DNA from: a virus
Taxonomy: Duplodnaviria > Heunggongvirae > Uroviricota > Caudoviricetes
DNA: 64,000 nucleotides
Virus record (IMG/VR): IMGVR_UViG_3300031555_002005
Direction: 5' to 3' (one strand)
Below are positions 1 to 9,044 of this stretch, one piece after another (the stretch's first letter is position 1; each line of letters starts with the position of its first letter). The translations under genes were made by a program, and so were the position numbers. Below the pieces are notes generated by a model. It had not been told where the DNA came from. It saw only the letters and a program-made list of their open reading frames with translations, and searched no databases.

Positions 1-193
1 ATATTGAAGATTTCTTTGTTAATTTTGATGACTGTAATGGAAATGATCATGGAATTGGTTGGTGCGCCGACAATGTAAATAGCTCACAGTACAAAGTTAA
101 TATCCTTGACTTGTCTTTTGTAAATGTAGAAACCTATGATGAATATCCAGTATCAAAGGATACAATTAATAGATATAATCATGGGGTGATACA

Positions 194-400
194 ATGAGTA
201 AAAAATTTGTATTTGAAATTGAAGCATATGATGGCAATACAATGATGGCTTTTGAAGTCACAGTCAACGGAGACGAGCTTGAAGTAACCAAGACAATGGA
301 TTGTAGTCATGCAGATACAGACGCAGATTATATCTTTGATACAGAAGCAGACCTATATAGAATTCAATCAGACATATTGAGAATGGAGGGGTCTAATTAA
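194..400 (+). CDS. hypothetical protein (68 aa)
   Basis: ORF with upstream GGGGTG RBS; acidic small protein. Confidence 0.5.
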   Translation: MSKKFVFEIEAYDGNTMMAFEVTVNGDELEVTKTMDCSHADTDADYIFDTEADLYRIQSDILRMEGSN

Positions 401-561
401 TGAGAAAAATAACAGAAAAGGAATATAAGAAAATAAAGTCTTTAGAAAATGGTTTCTATAGAGGTGTTGAGAAATATTGCGAAGAACTGGAAGACACATG
501 GGATTTTGAGTATTACTTTCAAAAAATTATTGCGATTATTGATAGCGCAAGGAGGGAGTAA
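400..561 (+). CDS. hypothetical small protein (53 aa)
   Basis: ATG overlaps stop of the upstream ORF (TAATG); below the 60-aa track cut-off; weak RBS. Confidence 0.3.
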   Translation: MRKITEKEYKKIKSLENGFYRGVEKYCEELEDTWDFEYYFQKIIAIIDSARRE

Positions 562-563
562 GT

Positions 564-953
564 ATGGGAGCATGTTATAGTGTAAAAGTAAAAGTAAATG
601 TGCTTGATATGCCGGGAGCAATTAAGGCATTAAATGAGCATATTGTTAATGATACAAGTGCTGATTATTCTTTAGACGAGTATGCAGAACAAGGAATCAC
701 AACTGAAACATTTGATGGCTTGATGATGATTCTGTTGGCAAATCTTCAACAGGGAATTTTTGTTTACCAGGAAGGCAAGTTTACTATTTATGAAAGTGAC
801 TTTAATGCTTCTTATGGATGGGAGCGTATAATGATGGAGTGGTTTGAAGTGCTTGCGCCATTCCTTGCAAATGGTTCTCAGATGTTAATTTATCCTGATG
901 AAGATTATGATAAACTCGTAATTAGAAACGGGAAATGTGTGCAAATTCATTAG
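564..953 (+). CDS. hypothetical protein (129 aa)
   Basis: ORF preceded by AAGGAGGGAG RBS. Confidence 0.6.
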   Translation: MGACYSVKVKVNVLDMPGAIKALNEHIVNDTSADYSLDEYAEQGITTETFDGLMMILLANLQQGIFVYQEGKFTIYESDFNASYGWERIMMEWFEVLAPFLANGSQMLIYPDEDYDKLVIRNGKCVQIH

Positions 954-968
954 TTTGGAGGTATATGT

Positions 969-1178
969 ATGAAATACGTAGTTGTTGTAACAGAAAAACT
1001 TGAAAGAGGATATATTGTAGAAGCAGACAATCCAAAAGAAGCAGAAAAGAAAGTGTCGGAAGTATATAATAACCAGGAAATTACTCTTGATTATAGCGAC
1101 TATAATGGCTATGAGATTTCATGTGATAGAGAGGCAAGTGAATGTGACCTTGACCTTTATGACGATTTAGAAGATTAA
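969..1178 (+). CDS. hypothetical acidic protein (69 aa)
   Basis: ORF preceded by GGAGG RBS. Confidence 0.5.
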   Translation: MKYVVVVTEKLERGYIVEADNPKEAEKKVSEVYNNQEITLDYSDYNGYEISCDREASECDLDLYDDLED

Positions 1179-1207
1179 ACAATACAAAATTAACGGGAGG
1201 TGTAAAC

Positions 1208-2467
1208 ATGGATATTCTATTGAAGAAGTTCTTTGAAAAAGAACGATGGGAACAGGCACTTGAAACTGGTGTAGATAAGCACATTGACAAGGGAGAATTG
1301 AGAAAGCTTACATCTCCCGAAGTTAGACTTGCTTTGTATAGTGCAATTGTTAACGACAACTATGAGATTGCCCCGCCACATCAAGTACAGATTCCCAAAG
1401 ATAACGGAGACATGAGAATTGTATATGTCAATGAAAATGTTGACCGTATCTTCTTGTCTATTGTGAACAATCTTTTCTTTGAAATGTTCCCTGAGTTTGT
1501 GCATAAAAGCTGTAAGTCATATCAGTCTGGTATTGGCTGTGGCAAGATTGTACAGGAAGTTTCAAGAGAGATGGTTAAGGTAAACAGCAAGATTGTTGGC
1601 TTTAAGGCAGATTTAACTAAATACTTTGATACTGTTCCTATTAAGTACATAGATGAAATCTTTGACAGAATGGAAAGCAAAGTTGGTAAGTCCAAAATCA
1701 TTGATGTTGTGCGCAAGTATTATCATGCTGATTTATGCTTTGACTACAACGGAGAGCTTATTGAACATTATCAGTCTTTAAAGCAAGGTTGTGCAGTAGC
1801 AAGCTTCTTGGCTGATGCAGTGCTCTATCCAATCGATAAGGAAATCAGTGACATGGATGTTTACTATGTAAGATATTCTGATGATTTGCTTGTAGTTGGT
1901 AGGTGTTACGATGAAGCTTTTCAGATTTTAAAGGCAATGCTGAAAGAGATGGACATGACTTTGAATCCCAAGAAAGTAGAAACTGTTTGCAAAGACAGAT
2001 GGGTTAAATTCCTTGGTTTTAATATCAAAGGAAGCCAGATTACGCTTTCCAAGCAGCGTGTTAAGTCTTTCCAAAAGGAGATTGAAGCACGAACTATTAA
2101 GCAGCGCAAAACTTCTATGGAAAGAGCCATCAACCAAGTGAATAACTATCTCTATAAAGGAGATGGAACTTATTCTTGGGCGACATCTGTGTTACCTATT
2201 ATCAATGTAGAAAAAGACATTGATTCTTTGAATGAATTTGTCATGGATGCAATCAGAGCGTGTGCTACTGGTAAGAAAAAGATTGGAGGTCTGGGAAGTG
2301 TAAACAGCAAAGAAGACTATACAATTCTGCGTGGCACTGGCAAGAATGTGAGCGCAAACAGAGACAAGACTGAAAAGGAAATTGACGGTTTCCTAAGCTT
2401 AAGGTGCATGAGAAACGCTATTCTTACAAACCGAAGTGTATATGAGACTTTGGTAAGAAGTATGTAA
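1208..2467 (+). CDS. reverse transcriptase (retron/Abi/UG-DRT-like or DGR-like; class unresolved)
   Basis: RT motifs 1-7 read in the translation: IPKDNGDMRIV, SYQSGIGCGK, FKADLTKYFDTVP, QGCAVASFLADAVL, YVRYSDDLLVVG, LNPKKVE, FLGF. GGGAGG RBS. About 170-aa C-terminal extension. Confidence 0.85.
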   Translation: MDILLKKFFEKERWEQALETGVDKHIDKGELRKLTSPEVRLALYSAIVNDNYEIAPPHQVQIPKDNGDMRIVYVNENVDRIFLSIVNNLFFEMFPEFVHKSCKSYQSGIGCGKIVQEVSREMVKVNSKIVGFKADLTKYFDTVPIKYIDEIFDRMESKVGKSKIIDVVRKYYHADLCFDYNGELIEHYQSLKQGCAVASFLADAVLYPIDKEISDMDVYYVRYSDDLLVVGRCYDEAFQILKAMLKEMDMTLNPKKVETVCKDRWVKFLGFNIKGSQITLSKQRVKSFQKEIEARTIKQRKTSMERAINQVNNYLYKGDGTYSWATSVLPIINVEKDIDSLNEFVMDAIRACATGKKKIGGLGSVNSKEDYTILRGTGKNVSANRDKTEKEIDGFLSLRCMRNAILTNRSVYETLVRSM

Positions 2468-3018
2468 TCAAAGTTGTAATGCAGCAATAAATTGCAAGGC
2501 AACCGAATTCAACTATCTTCCGTCCACCGGCATATCAGAGGAGATACCCAGCTCGCTGTCGCTCCGCTGGAGTATCGCCTCGATCATGCAGGCGAACAGA
2601 AGCTAATATGAAGCAAATAAAGAAATGCATCGTGGTTGTGAGCAATTTAATTGGCAGTGCGGCCATAGATTGCAAGGTAATTAAATTCAATGACGCAGCA
2701 TACAATTCAGAAATTATGATCTTACTTGCGTGCTATCTCACGCCATAAGATCATAATCTTCTGGCCAATGCTGCATATATGAAGCTATTAAAGTAACGCA
2801 CCAATATTATGAGCAATCTACATTTGGAGTATACCAAAAGAAATGCAAGGCAGTTAAATTCAATACCCTGCAATTGATAAGCCCTAATATGAGGCTCCTT
2901 CAGGGTATCCCCTGAAGCTGCCTCATCTGATGGCTTCCAATCTCAGGGTTACATGAAACATCTAAAGTTATATACCGAAACTGTTGAGCATCTTATATTT
3001 TATAAAGGAGGTAAATCA
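2468..3018 (+). ncRNA. highly structured non-coding region downstream of the RT (candidate RT-associated ncRNA)
   Basis: No ORF. Three copies of TGCAAGG-N-TAAATTCAA (about 2493, 2670, 2844). Two ATATGAAGC-N-TAAAG boxes (2606, 2776). Perfect 12-bp hairpin 2713-2757. Nested hairpin 2888-2930. Confidence 0.45.
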
Positions 3019-3480
3019 ATGACTATCTATGAAGAGCTGATTAAGCGAGTTGAAGAGGGTGAGTCATTTTATATTAACTTTAAGAATCAGGCGCTCAAAA
3101 TTGGCAAGGAATTTATTGTTGCTGATGGTTTTTATGACGATGAACGCATTCTTTATACAACTTCTGAATTGGAAATGTCTGAGATTTTGGCATATATTGA
3201 AACGCTGTATGAAAACTACAAGTACTCTTTACCAAGCGAAAGAAGCGACAGTAGGCGCAGACAGTATTTTAAGGCACTGCCAGTGGACAAGCTTACTGAT
3301 AAGCAAATGGCAACTGGGCAAAGACGTGAGGTTGCAAGAGCGAGGCTTGAAGGTTTCATTCTTTGCATGATTGTTGATGGCTTCTTTGTATGGAACGAAG
3401 AAGAAATGGGCAAGTGGTTTTACCAGTCTAATAGAAATCCTGATTTAGTAATTCTGAGAAACTGGATTGAAAATAATTAA
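3019..3480 (+). CDS. hypothetical protein
   Basis: ATG at 3019 with AAAGGAGG RBS 7 nt upstream; the track ORF starts earlier at 2953 without an RBS. Confidence 0.55.
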   Translation: MTIYEELIKRVEEGESFYINFKNQALKIGKEFIVADGFYDDERILYTTSELEMSEILAYIETLYENYKYSLPSERSDSRRRQYFKALPVDKLTDKQMATGQRREVARARLEGFILCMIVDGFFVWNEEEMGKWFYQSNRNPDLVILRNWIENN

Positions 3481-3500
3481 TAGAAAAGGAGAATGATATT

Positions 3501-4424
3501 ATGATGCACAAAGAAAGAATGGAAAAGTTAAATAAGGCAGGTATAAACACTAGTAAGTATTTCACTGTTGATCTCGACAATGGAACTAAGATTCACCTTA
3601 TCATTGACGAGAATGGACAGCCTGTGGTTGTTAACAACAAGAACGATGAAATTGCTGAGCAGATTATTGCTGATGGCTATGTAAGAAACACCAAGCTTCA
3701 TAGAAGATTCGTTATGGCTCAGATGTTCCATATGCTTAACTATGTATCCTATGATGGAAAAGAGTCTGGCTATAATGCATACCTGAAGAATTACTATGGC
3801 TATCACTATACTCTCACCATGATGCTTGAAGAGGTTAGAGTGCTTGCTAAGCTGGAGGGTAGAGACAAGGAAAGTTTTGATGAGAGAAGCCACTTCTTTA
3901 CCAAGAGGGTTGTCATTGCTGTGCTTGAGGACTATGTGGAAAAGTTGAAGAAATATGTGGACAACCTGCCTGACCGCAAGTGCAAGGGTGTTCCTTATAA
4001 GAGAATTAAGGGTCAGGATATCTTTAATGCAGACCTTGACAAGAAGCTGTATGTTCCTTTGAGAAATAAGCTCAACTATGTTCGCTTTGCATCCAATTAT
4101 ACTGAAATCTATAATGCAATGCAGAAGTTTATGAATGATATGATTAAGCTTCCTTATGACACTCCTAAGAGTAAGATTTGGATTGATGCTTACAAGGGAG
4201 AAGGTGCTTACTATACTCTTAAGAATCTGATTATGTTCCATGAATGCAAGATTCTTGCTCGCTATGTGTTTTATACTACTAGTGAAAGTATGGACATTCT
4301 TAAGCAGAAACTTGATGAATACAAGGGAGAAGGCTGGAGAATGTTTGCTCTCATGAAGAAGGTAATTGAGGATAACAATTTTAACTTCAATGACAGAATG
4401 AAAGAAATATATTCTGACAAGTAA
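3501..4424 (+). CDS. hypothetical protein (307 aa)
   Basis: AAAAGGAGA RBS; no recognisable motifs. Confidence 0.6.
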   Translation: MMHKERMEKLNKAGINTSKYFTVDLDNGTKIHLIIDENGQPVVVNNKNDEIAEQIIADGYVRNTKLHRRFVMAQMFHMLNYVSYDGKESGYNAYLKNYYGYHYTLTMMLEEVRVLAKLEGRDKESFDERSHFFTKRVVIAVLEDYVEKLKKYVDNLPDRKCKGVPYKRIKGQDIFNADLDKKLYVPLRNKLNYVRFASNYTEIYNAMQKFMNDMIKLPYDTPKSKIWIDAYKGEGAYYTLKNLIMFHECKILARYVFYTTSESMDILKQKLDEYKGEGWRMFALMKKVIEDNNFNFNDRMKEIYSDK

Positions 4425-4803
4425 ACAACTGTCAGCAGATAGATACTGTTTAATGCACAAGGTATTTGTACTTCAATTTACCGTCTATTGATAACATCTT
4501 ACCAGCCAATTGGCGGCATATCTGCCGCCAGTTTCGCTGGTAATATGTCACATATACGGTATATATGAAACAGTTAAAGTAATATCTACAGAAATACAGA
4601 GTGCATTTGGTATAAGCGCCAATATACACAAGGGAATTGGTTCAATATAACCTGCGTAGACACCTGGTTACAGGATCCTTTATTCTGGATATCTCCCGAA
4701 ACAGGATCCTTTACCAGGTTAACGCAGGTTAAATATGAGACAGTTAAAGGGAGCTTGCGCAATTCATGAGTGTATATAATTTTATAAAAATGGAGGTTAA
4801 AAT
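4425..4803 (+). ncRNA. structured intergenic region with repeated boxes
   Basis: Hairpin GGCGGCATATCTGCCGCC near 4509. ATATGA[AG]ACAGTTAAAG boxes at 4561 and 4731 flank a roughly 80-nt perfect long hairpin (4649-4730). Confidence 0.4.
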
Positions 4804-5073
4804 ATGAGCAAAATGGCTTTTATTGAAAAACCAGAAGTTCCTAATTACATAATGAAAGATTTACGCCAGCGCAGAGAACTTGATGAAAATGACACATCTC
4901 AAGATGAAGAGATACTTGGGCTCAGTGGATTTGAGTTCTTTGATGAGTGGTTAAAGTGGAATGGGTTCCTTGGTTACACAAGAGATTTCATTGATGTAAT
5001 CTATTTTGCTTATGGAATTGATTTGACTGAATATCCGTTTTATGAAGAGATTGAAAGAAGCTTGATGGAATAA
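4804..5073 (+). CDS. hypothetical protein (89 aa)
   Basis: AATGGAGG RBS. Confidence 0.6.
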   Translation: MSKMAFIEKPEVPNYIMKDLRQRRELDENDTSQDEEILGLSGFEFFDEWLKWNGFLGYTRDFIDVIYFAYGIDLTEYPFYEEIERSLME

Positions 5074-5098
5074 AATATAAGATTTGGAGGTAATACAT

Positions 5099-5776
5099 AT
5101 GAAACAAGAAAAAGACTTTACAATGAGCAGACAGGAATACATAGATTTTCTTGCAAACAAAAGCAATGAAATCAATATGGGAAATAAGAACAGCAAGACT
5201 GGCGCAGCTTGTTTGAATCTTGCATTTCCTGTGGCTGTATGTCGTGAAGATGCACCTTGTAAGGCAACTTGCTATGCATGTAAAGGATGTCAGACTATGG
5301 CAAATGTGCAGGCAGCTTACTACAGAAATCTGAGACTGTATCATGATGATCCTGATAATTTCTTTGAACAGGTTTACTGCAAGGTAAAGTTCTCTGGACT
5401 ACCCAAAGTGAGACTGTTTGATAGTGGCGATTTTCCTGATGCAGACTTCTTGGTAAGGCTTGTGGATCTGTGTAAGAAAACTCCTGACACTAAGTATATG
5501 GCATTTACTAAGAAGTATGAGATTGTTAATGATTACATTGACAAGAATGGAGAGCTGCCTGAAAACCTTAACATTATATTCTCTGCATGGGACAAGCTTT
5601 GGGAAGTACCTAATCCTCATGGACTTGGTATGGCCTATGTGGATTTTAATGATAAGAGGTTGAATGCTGAATGGCCTAAAAACGCATTTATATGCCCCGG
5701 CAGAGCATCTACTTGTTCCGCTTGTGGCGCTTGCTGGTCTAAGAGACTTAAGGCAGTTGTGTTTCATCAGCACTAA
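5099..5776 (+). CDS. Cys-rich protein, possible Fe-S/radical-SAM-like phage protein
   Basis: TGGAGG RBS before the ATG at 5099; multiple CxxC/CxxxC clusters. Confidence 0.5.
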   Translation: MKQEKDFTMSRQEYIDFLANKSNEINMGNKNSKTGAACLNLAFPVAVCREDAPCKATCYACKGCQTMANVQAAYYRNLRLYHDDPDNFFEQVYCKVKFSGLPKVRLFDSGDFPDADFLVRLVDLCKKTPDTKYMAFTKKYEIVNDYIDKNGELPENLNIIFSAWDKLWEVPNPHGLGMAYVDFNDKRLNAEWPKNAFICPGRASTCSACGACWSKRLKAVVFHQH

Positions 5777-5857
5777 CAATACAAAATTAATGTAAATGTT
5801 TAAGTAGACCGTATCATTTCTTTTATAGTATAATATGAAGGAAATGAGGTGTATGTA

Positions 5858-6043
5858 ATGGGAAATAAAATCATTGAACTAACAAAAGTTAATGATGACC
5901 ATACTTGTCTTATTTGTTGCAAAAATGACGCAACAATTAAAATGAAAATCAATCGACTGGTGCTTGACGATAGTGTTACAAGTTTTTCAATTTGTGATGA
6001 TTGTCTTGCAAAGATGCAAAAGGATATTGAGACCTGCGAGTAA
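5858..6043 (+). CDS. zinc-ribbon small protein
   Basis: GAGGTG RBS; CLICC...CDDC. Confidence 0.5.
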   Translation: MGNKIIELTKVNDDHTCLICCKNDATIKMKINRLVLDDSVTSFSICDDCLAKMQKDIETCE

Positions 6044-6075
6044 GTGGGTCTCTTATTTTGTGATTACAATACAAA
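6044..6075 (+). terminator. rho-independent terminator
   Basis: GAGACC-TGCGAGTAAGT-GGGTCTC stem followed by TTATTTTG. Confidence 0.6.
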
Positions 6076-6108
6076 ATTAATGAAATGACGATTTGGTGAG
6101 GTAATAAA

Positions 6109-6309
6109 ATGGAATATAGATATGTGACTTGTCCTAATTGTGGTTTGAGTGATGGTAATGATGATAAGATTTTGTCTAGCAAAGTTATCGACAAATCATA
6201 CAATGGTGGGGAACTCGTGATTCTTGAAGAAAGAAAGTGTGATATCTGCCAAAAGATATACAGAGTGGAGATGCACTATACGCTCAAATACGAAGAGTTG
6301 AGAGTATAA
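6109..6309 (+). CDS. zinc-ribbon small protein
   Basis: GGTGAGG RBS; CPNCG...CDIC. Confidence 0.55.
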   Translation: MEYRYVTCPNCGLSDGNDDKILSSKVIDKSYNGGELVILEERKCDICQKIYRVEMHYTLKYEELRV

Positions 6310-6340
6310 AAGAGTGAGTGATTTTAAGTGAGGCAAATAT

Positions 6341-6946
6341 ATGATTATTGAACAGAAACGTTATGAAATTGCAGATGTCTTTGGCCTTTTAGGAGAAGAA
6401 TATCTTTGTAGAAATAATGATGGCGGTCAGTCTGGAAGTGATATTGTTGTAGATGGATTTAATGTACATCCAATTTCTCTTCGATATATGACATTCTATC
6501 AGAAAGGTACAAAGTGTGTTTGTTGTGGAAAAGAAGGAACCCACTTCAAGCTTTGTGGCGATGAAAATACAAATCGAAGACATTTTAATCTGTATGCAGA
6601 AGATGGAACTCTAATGACAAAAGATCATATTTTGCCTAAGAGTAAGGGTGGTCTTAATAGAGTATCTAATATGCAAACAATGTGTACAGACTGTAATAGC
6701 GCAAAAGGCTCTCACTGCCCTGGCTATGAAAAAGAATATATTGTTGGCCGAAATGCAGAGGGAAAAGAAATTGCATTTTCCTCAATTGAAAAGGCAGTTT
6801 ATCACTTGGTAAACAATCATATGAAGAAAAAGAATACCAAAGAGGATTGGGCAAGAAAAGCTATTAATATTACTTTGCAATTACTCAATGTAATTGAAAC
6901 AGGAGAGTGTTATCAAAATAGAATTTGGACAAAGGAAATGAGATAA
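6341..6946 (+). CDS. HNH homing endonuclease
   Basis: DHILPKSKGG...N...CTDCNSAKG HNH motif. Confidence 0.75.
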   Translation: MIIEQKRYEIADVFGLLGEEYLCRNNDGGQSGSDIVVDGFNVHPISLRYMTFYQKGTKCVCCGKEGTHFKLCGDENTNRRHFNLYAEDGTLMTKDHILPKSKGGLNRVSNMQTMCTDCNSAKGSHCPGYEKEYIVGRNAEGKEIAFSSIEKAVYHLVNNHMKKKNTKEDWARKAINITLQLLNVIETGECYQNRIWTKEMR

Positions 6947-6966
6947 ATATAAATGGAGGGATATTA

Positions 6967-7266
6967 ATGAGTAAAATTTCTCTTGAAAATGAATTTAACA
7001 TAAAGGAACTAAATCGTCTAAAGGAATTGGGATATCCAGAGTGTTGTACAACCCCATTAACTGCTGATGAAATTAAAAATTTAAAAATTGGCGCAGTTTG
7101 TTATGTCGCCACGCTGCAGTCCACATTCAAGCTCATGATGTTTACTGGCTATCTACAGAATGTAGATGAATTTAGTTTTTGCTGCTATCAGGGTACATAT
7201 TGGTATAAGGCAAGAAATGTTGCAAAAACATATAATGTATTTAATGCAAATATGAAGGAGGATTAA
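6967..7266 (+). CDS. hypothetical protein
   Basis: AATGGAGGGA RBS before the ATG at 6967. Confidence 0.5.
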   Translation: MSKISLENEFNIKELNRLKELGYPECCTTPLTADEIKNLKIGAVCYVATLQSTFKLMMFTGYLQNVDEFSFCCYQGTYWYKARNVAKTYNVFNANMKED

Positions 7267-7268
7267 CT

Positions 7269-7502
7269 ATGAAAGCTTTTACTATTAATGAAATGGAAAA
7301 TATTTTCGAGATTGGTCGTGCTATGCAGTGCGCAGCCGATGAAGGAGAAATTGAAATTGAAGATAGCAAGAATGCATTTCTTTTTGCAGCAAAACTTGCA
7401 ATGGAGTTTGAAGAAAAATATCCTGATTCTGAGGATTATTACTATGATCTGGATGAGTTCATTACAGAGAAAATTGTAAAGGAATTCAACAAAGGCAATT
7501 AA
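7269..7502 (+). CDS. hypothetical acidic protein
   Basis: AAGGAGG RBS. Confidence 0.6.
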   Translation: MKAFTINEMENIFEIGRAMQCAADEGEIEIEDSKNAFLFAAKLAMEFEEKYPDSEDYYYDLDEFITEKIVKEFNKGN

Positions 7503-7512
7503 ATAATAAATA

Positions 7513-7541
7513 GGGCCAGGGGTTTCCCTGGCCTTTTTTGT
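7513..7541 (+). terminator. rho-independent terminator
   Basis: GGGCCAGGGG-TTTC-CCCTGGCC followed by a T run. Confidence 0.7.
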
Positions 7542-7563
7542 ATTTAGAAAGGAGATTTAAATT

Positions 7564-8085
7564 ATGAGCACAAACTATGGATGGAAATTATTTGAGCAAG
7601 ATCCTGATGGTAACTTATATCCTTTGTTTCTGGACAAGAATACTGTATACCCCATTGATGAGTGGATTAATGCAGAAATTCACTATGGTGCAAAGTTCGC
7701 ACCGAGACCCGGTATTCATTGTGGAATCATTCCTGCGGCTCCTTGGCTCATGTCTGTTGATGCTCTTGGCAATGGATTTTATAAGGGAAGGCGCAAGGGC
7801 TGGAAGCGTGTTTGGGCATACATTGAATATAACTGCACTATCAATTATAACGATGAGGTGTCCAAGCTAAAGAAAAAGTGTTTTGAAGACAGAATTCCTG
7901 AGAATGGTTGGTATTACTTCAAGGAATATGGTAAGGCAACTTGGATTATTACTGATAAAATTAAGATCTTGAGAACTATTACCGAAGAAGAAAGACAGAA
8001 GATTCTTGGTAATGTTGGTTATGACGAAGCCAAGGAATTTATTCCATATAAAAATGCAATTCTGAAACGCAAAAAGATTGCATAA
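7564..8085 (+). CDS. hypothetical protein (173 aa)
   Basis: AAAGGAGA RBS. Confidence 0.6.
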   Translation: MSTNYGWKLFEQDPDGNLYPLFLDKNTVYPIDEWINAEIHYGAKFAPRPGIHCGIIPAAPWLMSVDALGNGFYKGRRKGWKRVWAYIEYNCTINYNDEVSKLKKKCFEDRIPENGWYYFKEYGKATWIITDKIKILRTITEEERQKILGNVGYDEAKEFIPYKNAILKRKKIA

Positions 8086-8111
8086 AATTGAACAAATATT
8101 CGAAATTAATT

Positions 8112-8140
8112 ATACTTGACAATCCAAAATTAATGTAGTA
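8112..8140 (+). promoter_or_regulatory. sigma-A-type promoter with the conserved element in the spacer
   Basis: TTGACA-atccaaaattaatgtag-TATAAT. Confidence 0.6.
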
Positions 8141-8164
8141 TAATGCAGAAAGGAAAAATTAAAA

Positions 8165-8410
8165 ATGAAACAGTGCTTATTTAATACTTGTTCTGACAAT
8201 TGCTGTGCATATTGTAAGTTGCATCATTGTTCTATGACAGTAAAGCAGATGAAGGCAAAGAACTGTCTTCAGAAACAGTGCTGGCATTTGGCAAAGAATG
8301 AAGAACATCCGTATTGGCGACAGAGAGACAATACAAAACAGAAGAGAAAGAATAGAAAGCAAGCTATTAATGATTATGTAAATTCTGTAAGTGGAGGTAT
8401 TTCTGTATGA
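8165..8410 (+). CDS. Cys-rich small protein
   Basis: ORF downstream of the promoter. Confidence 0.5.
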   Translation: MKQCLFNTCSDNCCAYCKLHHCSMTVKQMKAKNCLQKQCWHLAKNEEHPYWRQRDNTKQKRKNRKQAINDYVNSVSGGISV

Positions 8411-8625
8411 ACAAGGCAAGACGTAAGGCAATTCAGGATGCAGTAAGAAAAATTGAAGATCTTGTGCAAAATATTTTAGACGATGAACAGGAAGCATACG
8501 ACAACATGCCCGAAAGTTTGCAAGAATCTGAAAACGGATTGAATTCAGCAGAAGCGCAGGAAAATCTTGAAGCAGCTATTGACGCACTTGAAGAGGCAAT
8601 TTCTTATCTGGAGGATATTTGCTAA
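8407..8625 (+). CDS. hypothetical acidic helical protein
   Basis: ORF with GGAGG RBS. Confidence 0.5.
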   Translation: MNKARRKAIQDAVRKIEDLVQNILDDEQEAYDNMPESLQESENGLNSAEAQENLEAAIDALEEAISYLEDIC

Positions 8626-9044
8626 TGAGCGAAAGAGAGAATTTTATTGTCGTCAATGGTCAAAAATATTATACCGGAACTGTTTTTCTGATTGATTTTC
8701 ATGGTAAGGTACAAGAGGCATCTTTTGTCTGCACTGTTGTCAAGACAAATAGAGTTCGATGTAAACTTGCTAACTCTTACTGGTTTATACATGCTGACGA
8801 TTTTCGCAAAAGAATTGTTGAGATCACAGATAAGGTTGATTCCAGTGTGCACATGCCCGTTACCAAAACAATGAAAGACACTGAGATTGGCAGCCTGTTT
8901 ATTGGCTGGCTGTGGTATATTTTTCTTATGGCAATTAGCACGATTTTTAAAAATGCAATTGGACTGTGGTGTTTTATTTCTTGGGTGTTTTTTACTTGGA
9001 GAGCTAAGAAAATAAAAGAGGAGGGGACTTACATTGAGTGGTAG
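8619..9044 (+). CDS. membrane protein (C-terminal TM helices)
   Basis: Hydrophobic C-terminus. Confidence 0.5.
   Translation: MLMSERENFIVVNGQKYYTGTVFLIDFHGKVQEASFVCTVVKTNRVRCKLANSYWFIHADDFRKRIVEITDKVDSSVHMPVTKTMKDTEIGSLFIGWLWYIFLMAISTIFKNAIGLWCFISWVFFTWRAKKIKEEGTYIEW

Noticed and set aside
1208-3018. Diversity-generating retroelement (DGR) interpretation of the RT
   Set aside because: No Avd-like basic helical accessory gene is adjacent. I could not identify a roughly 100-bp TR/VR pair by eye. RT motif B does not show the DGR-typical SQ. It cannot be excluded without a genome-wide repeat search, so it is kept as an alternative in the finding.
2468-3018. Canonical retron msr/msd
   Set aside because: The structured RNA lies downstream rather than upstream of the RT. 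I could not find a1/a2 inverted repeats flanking it.
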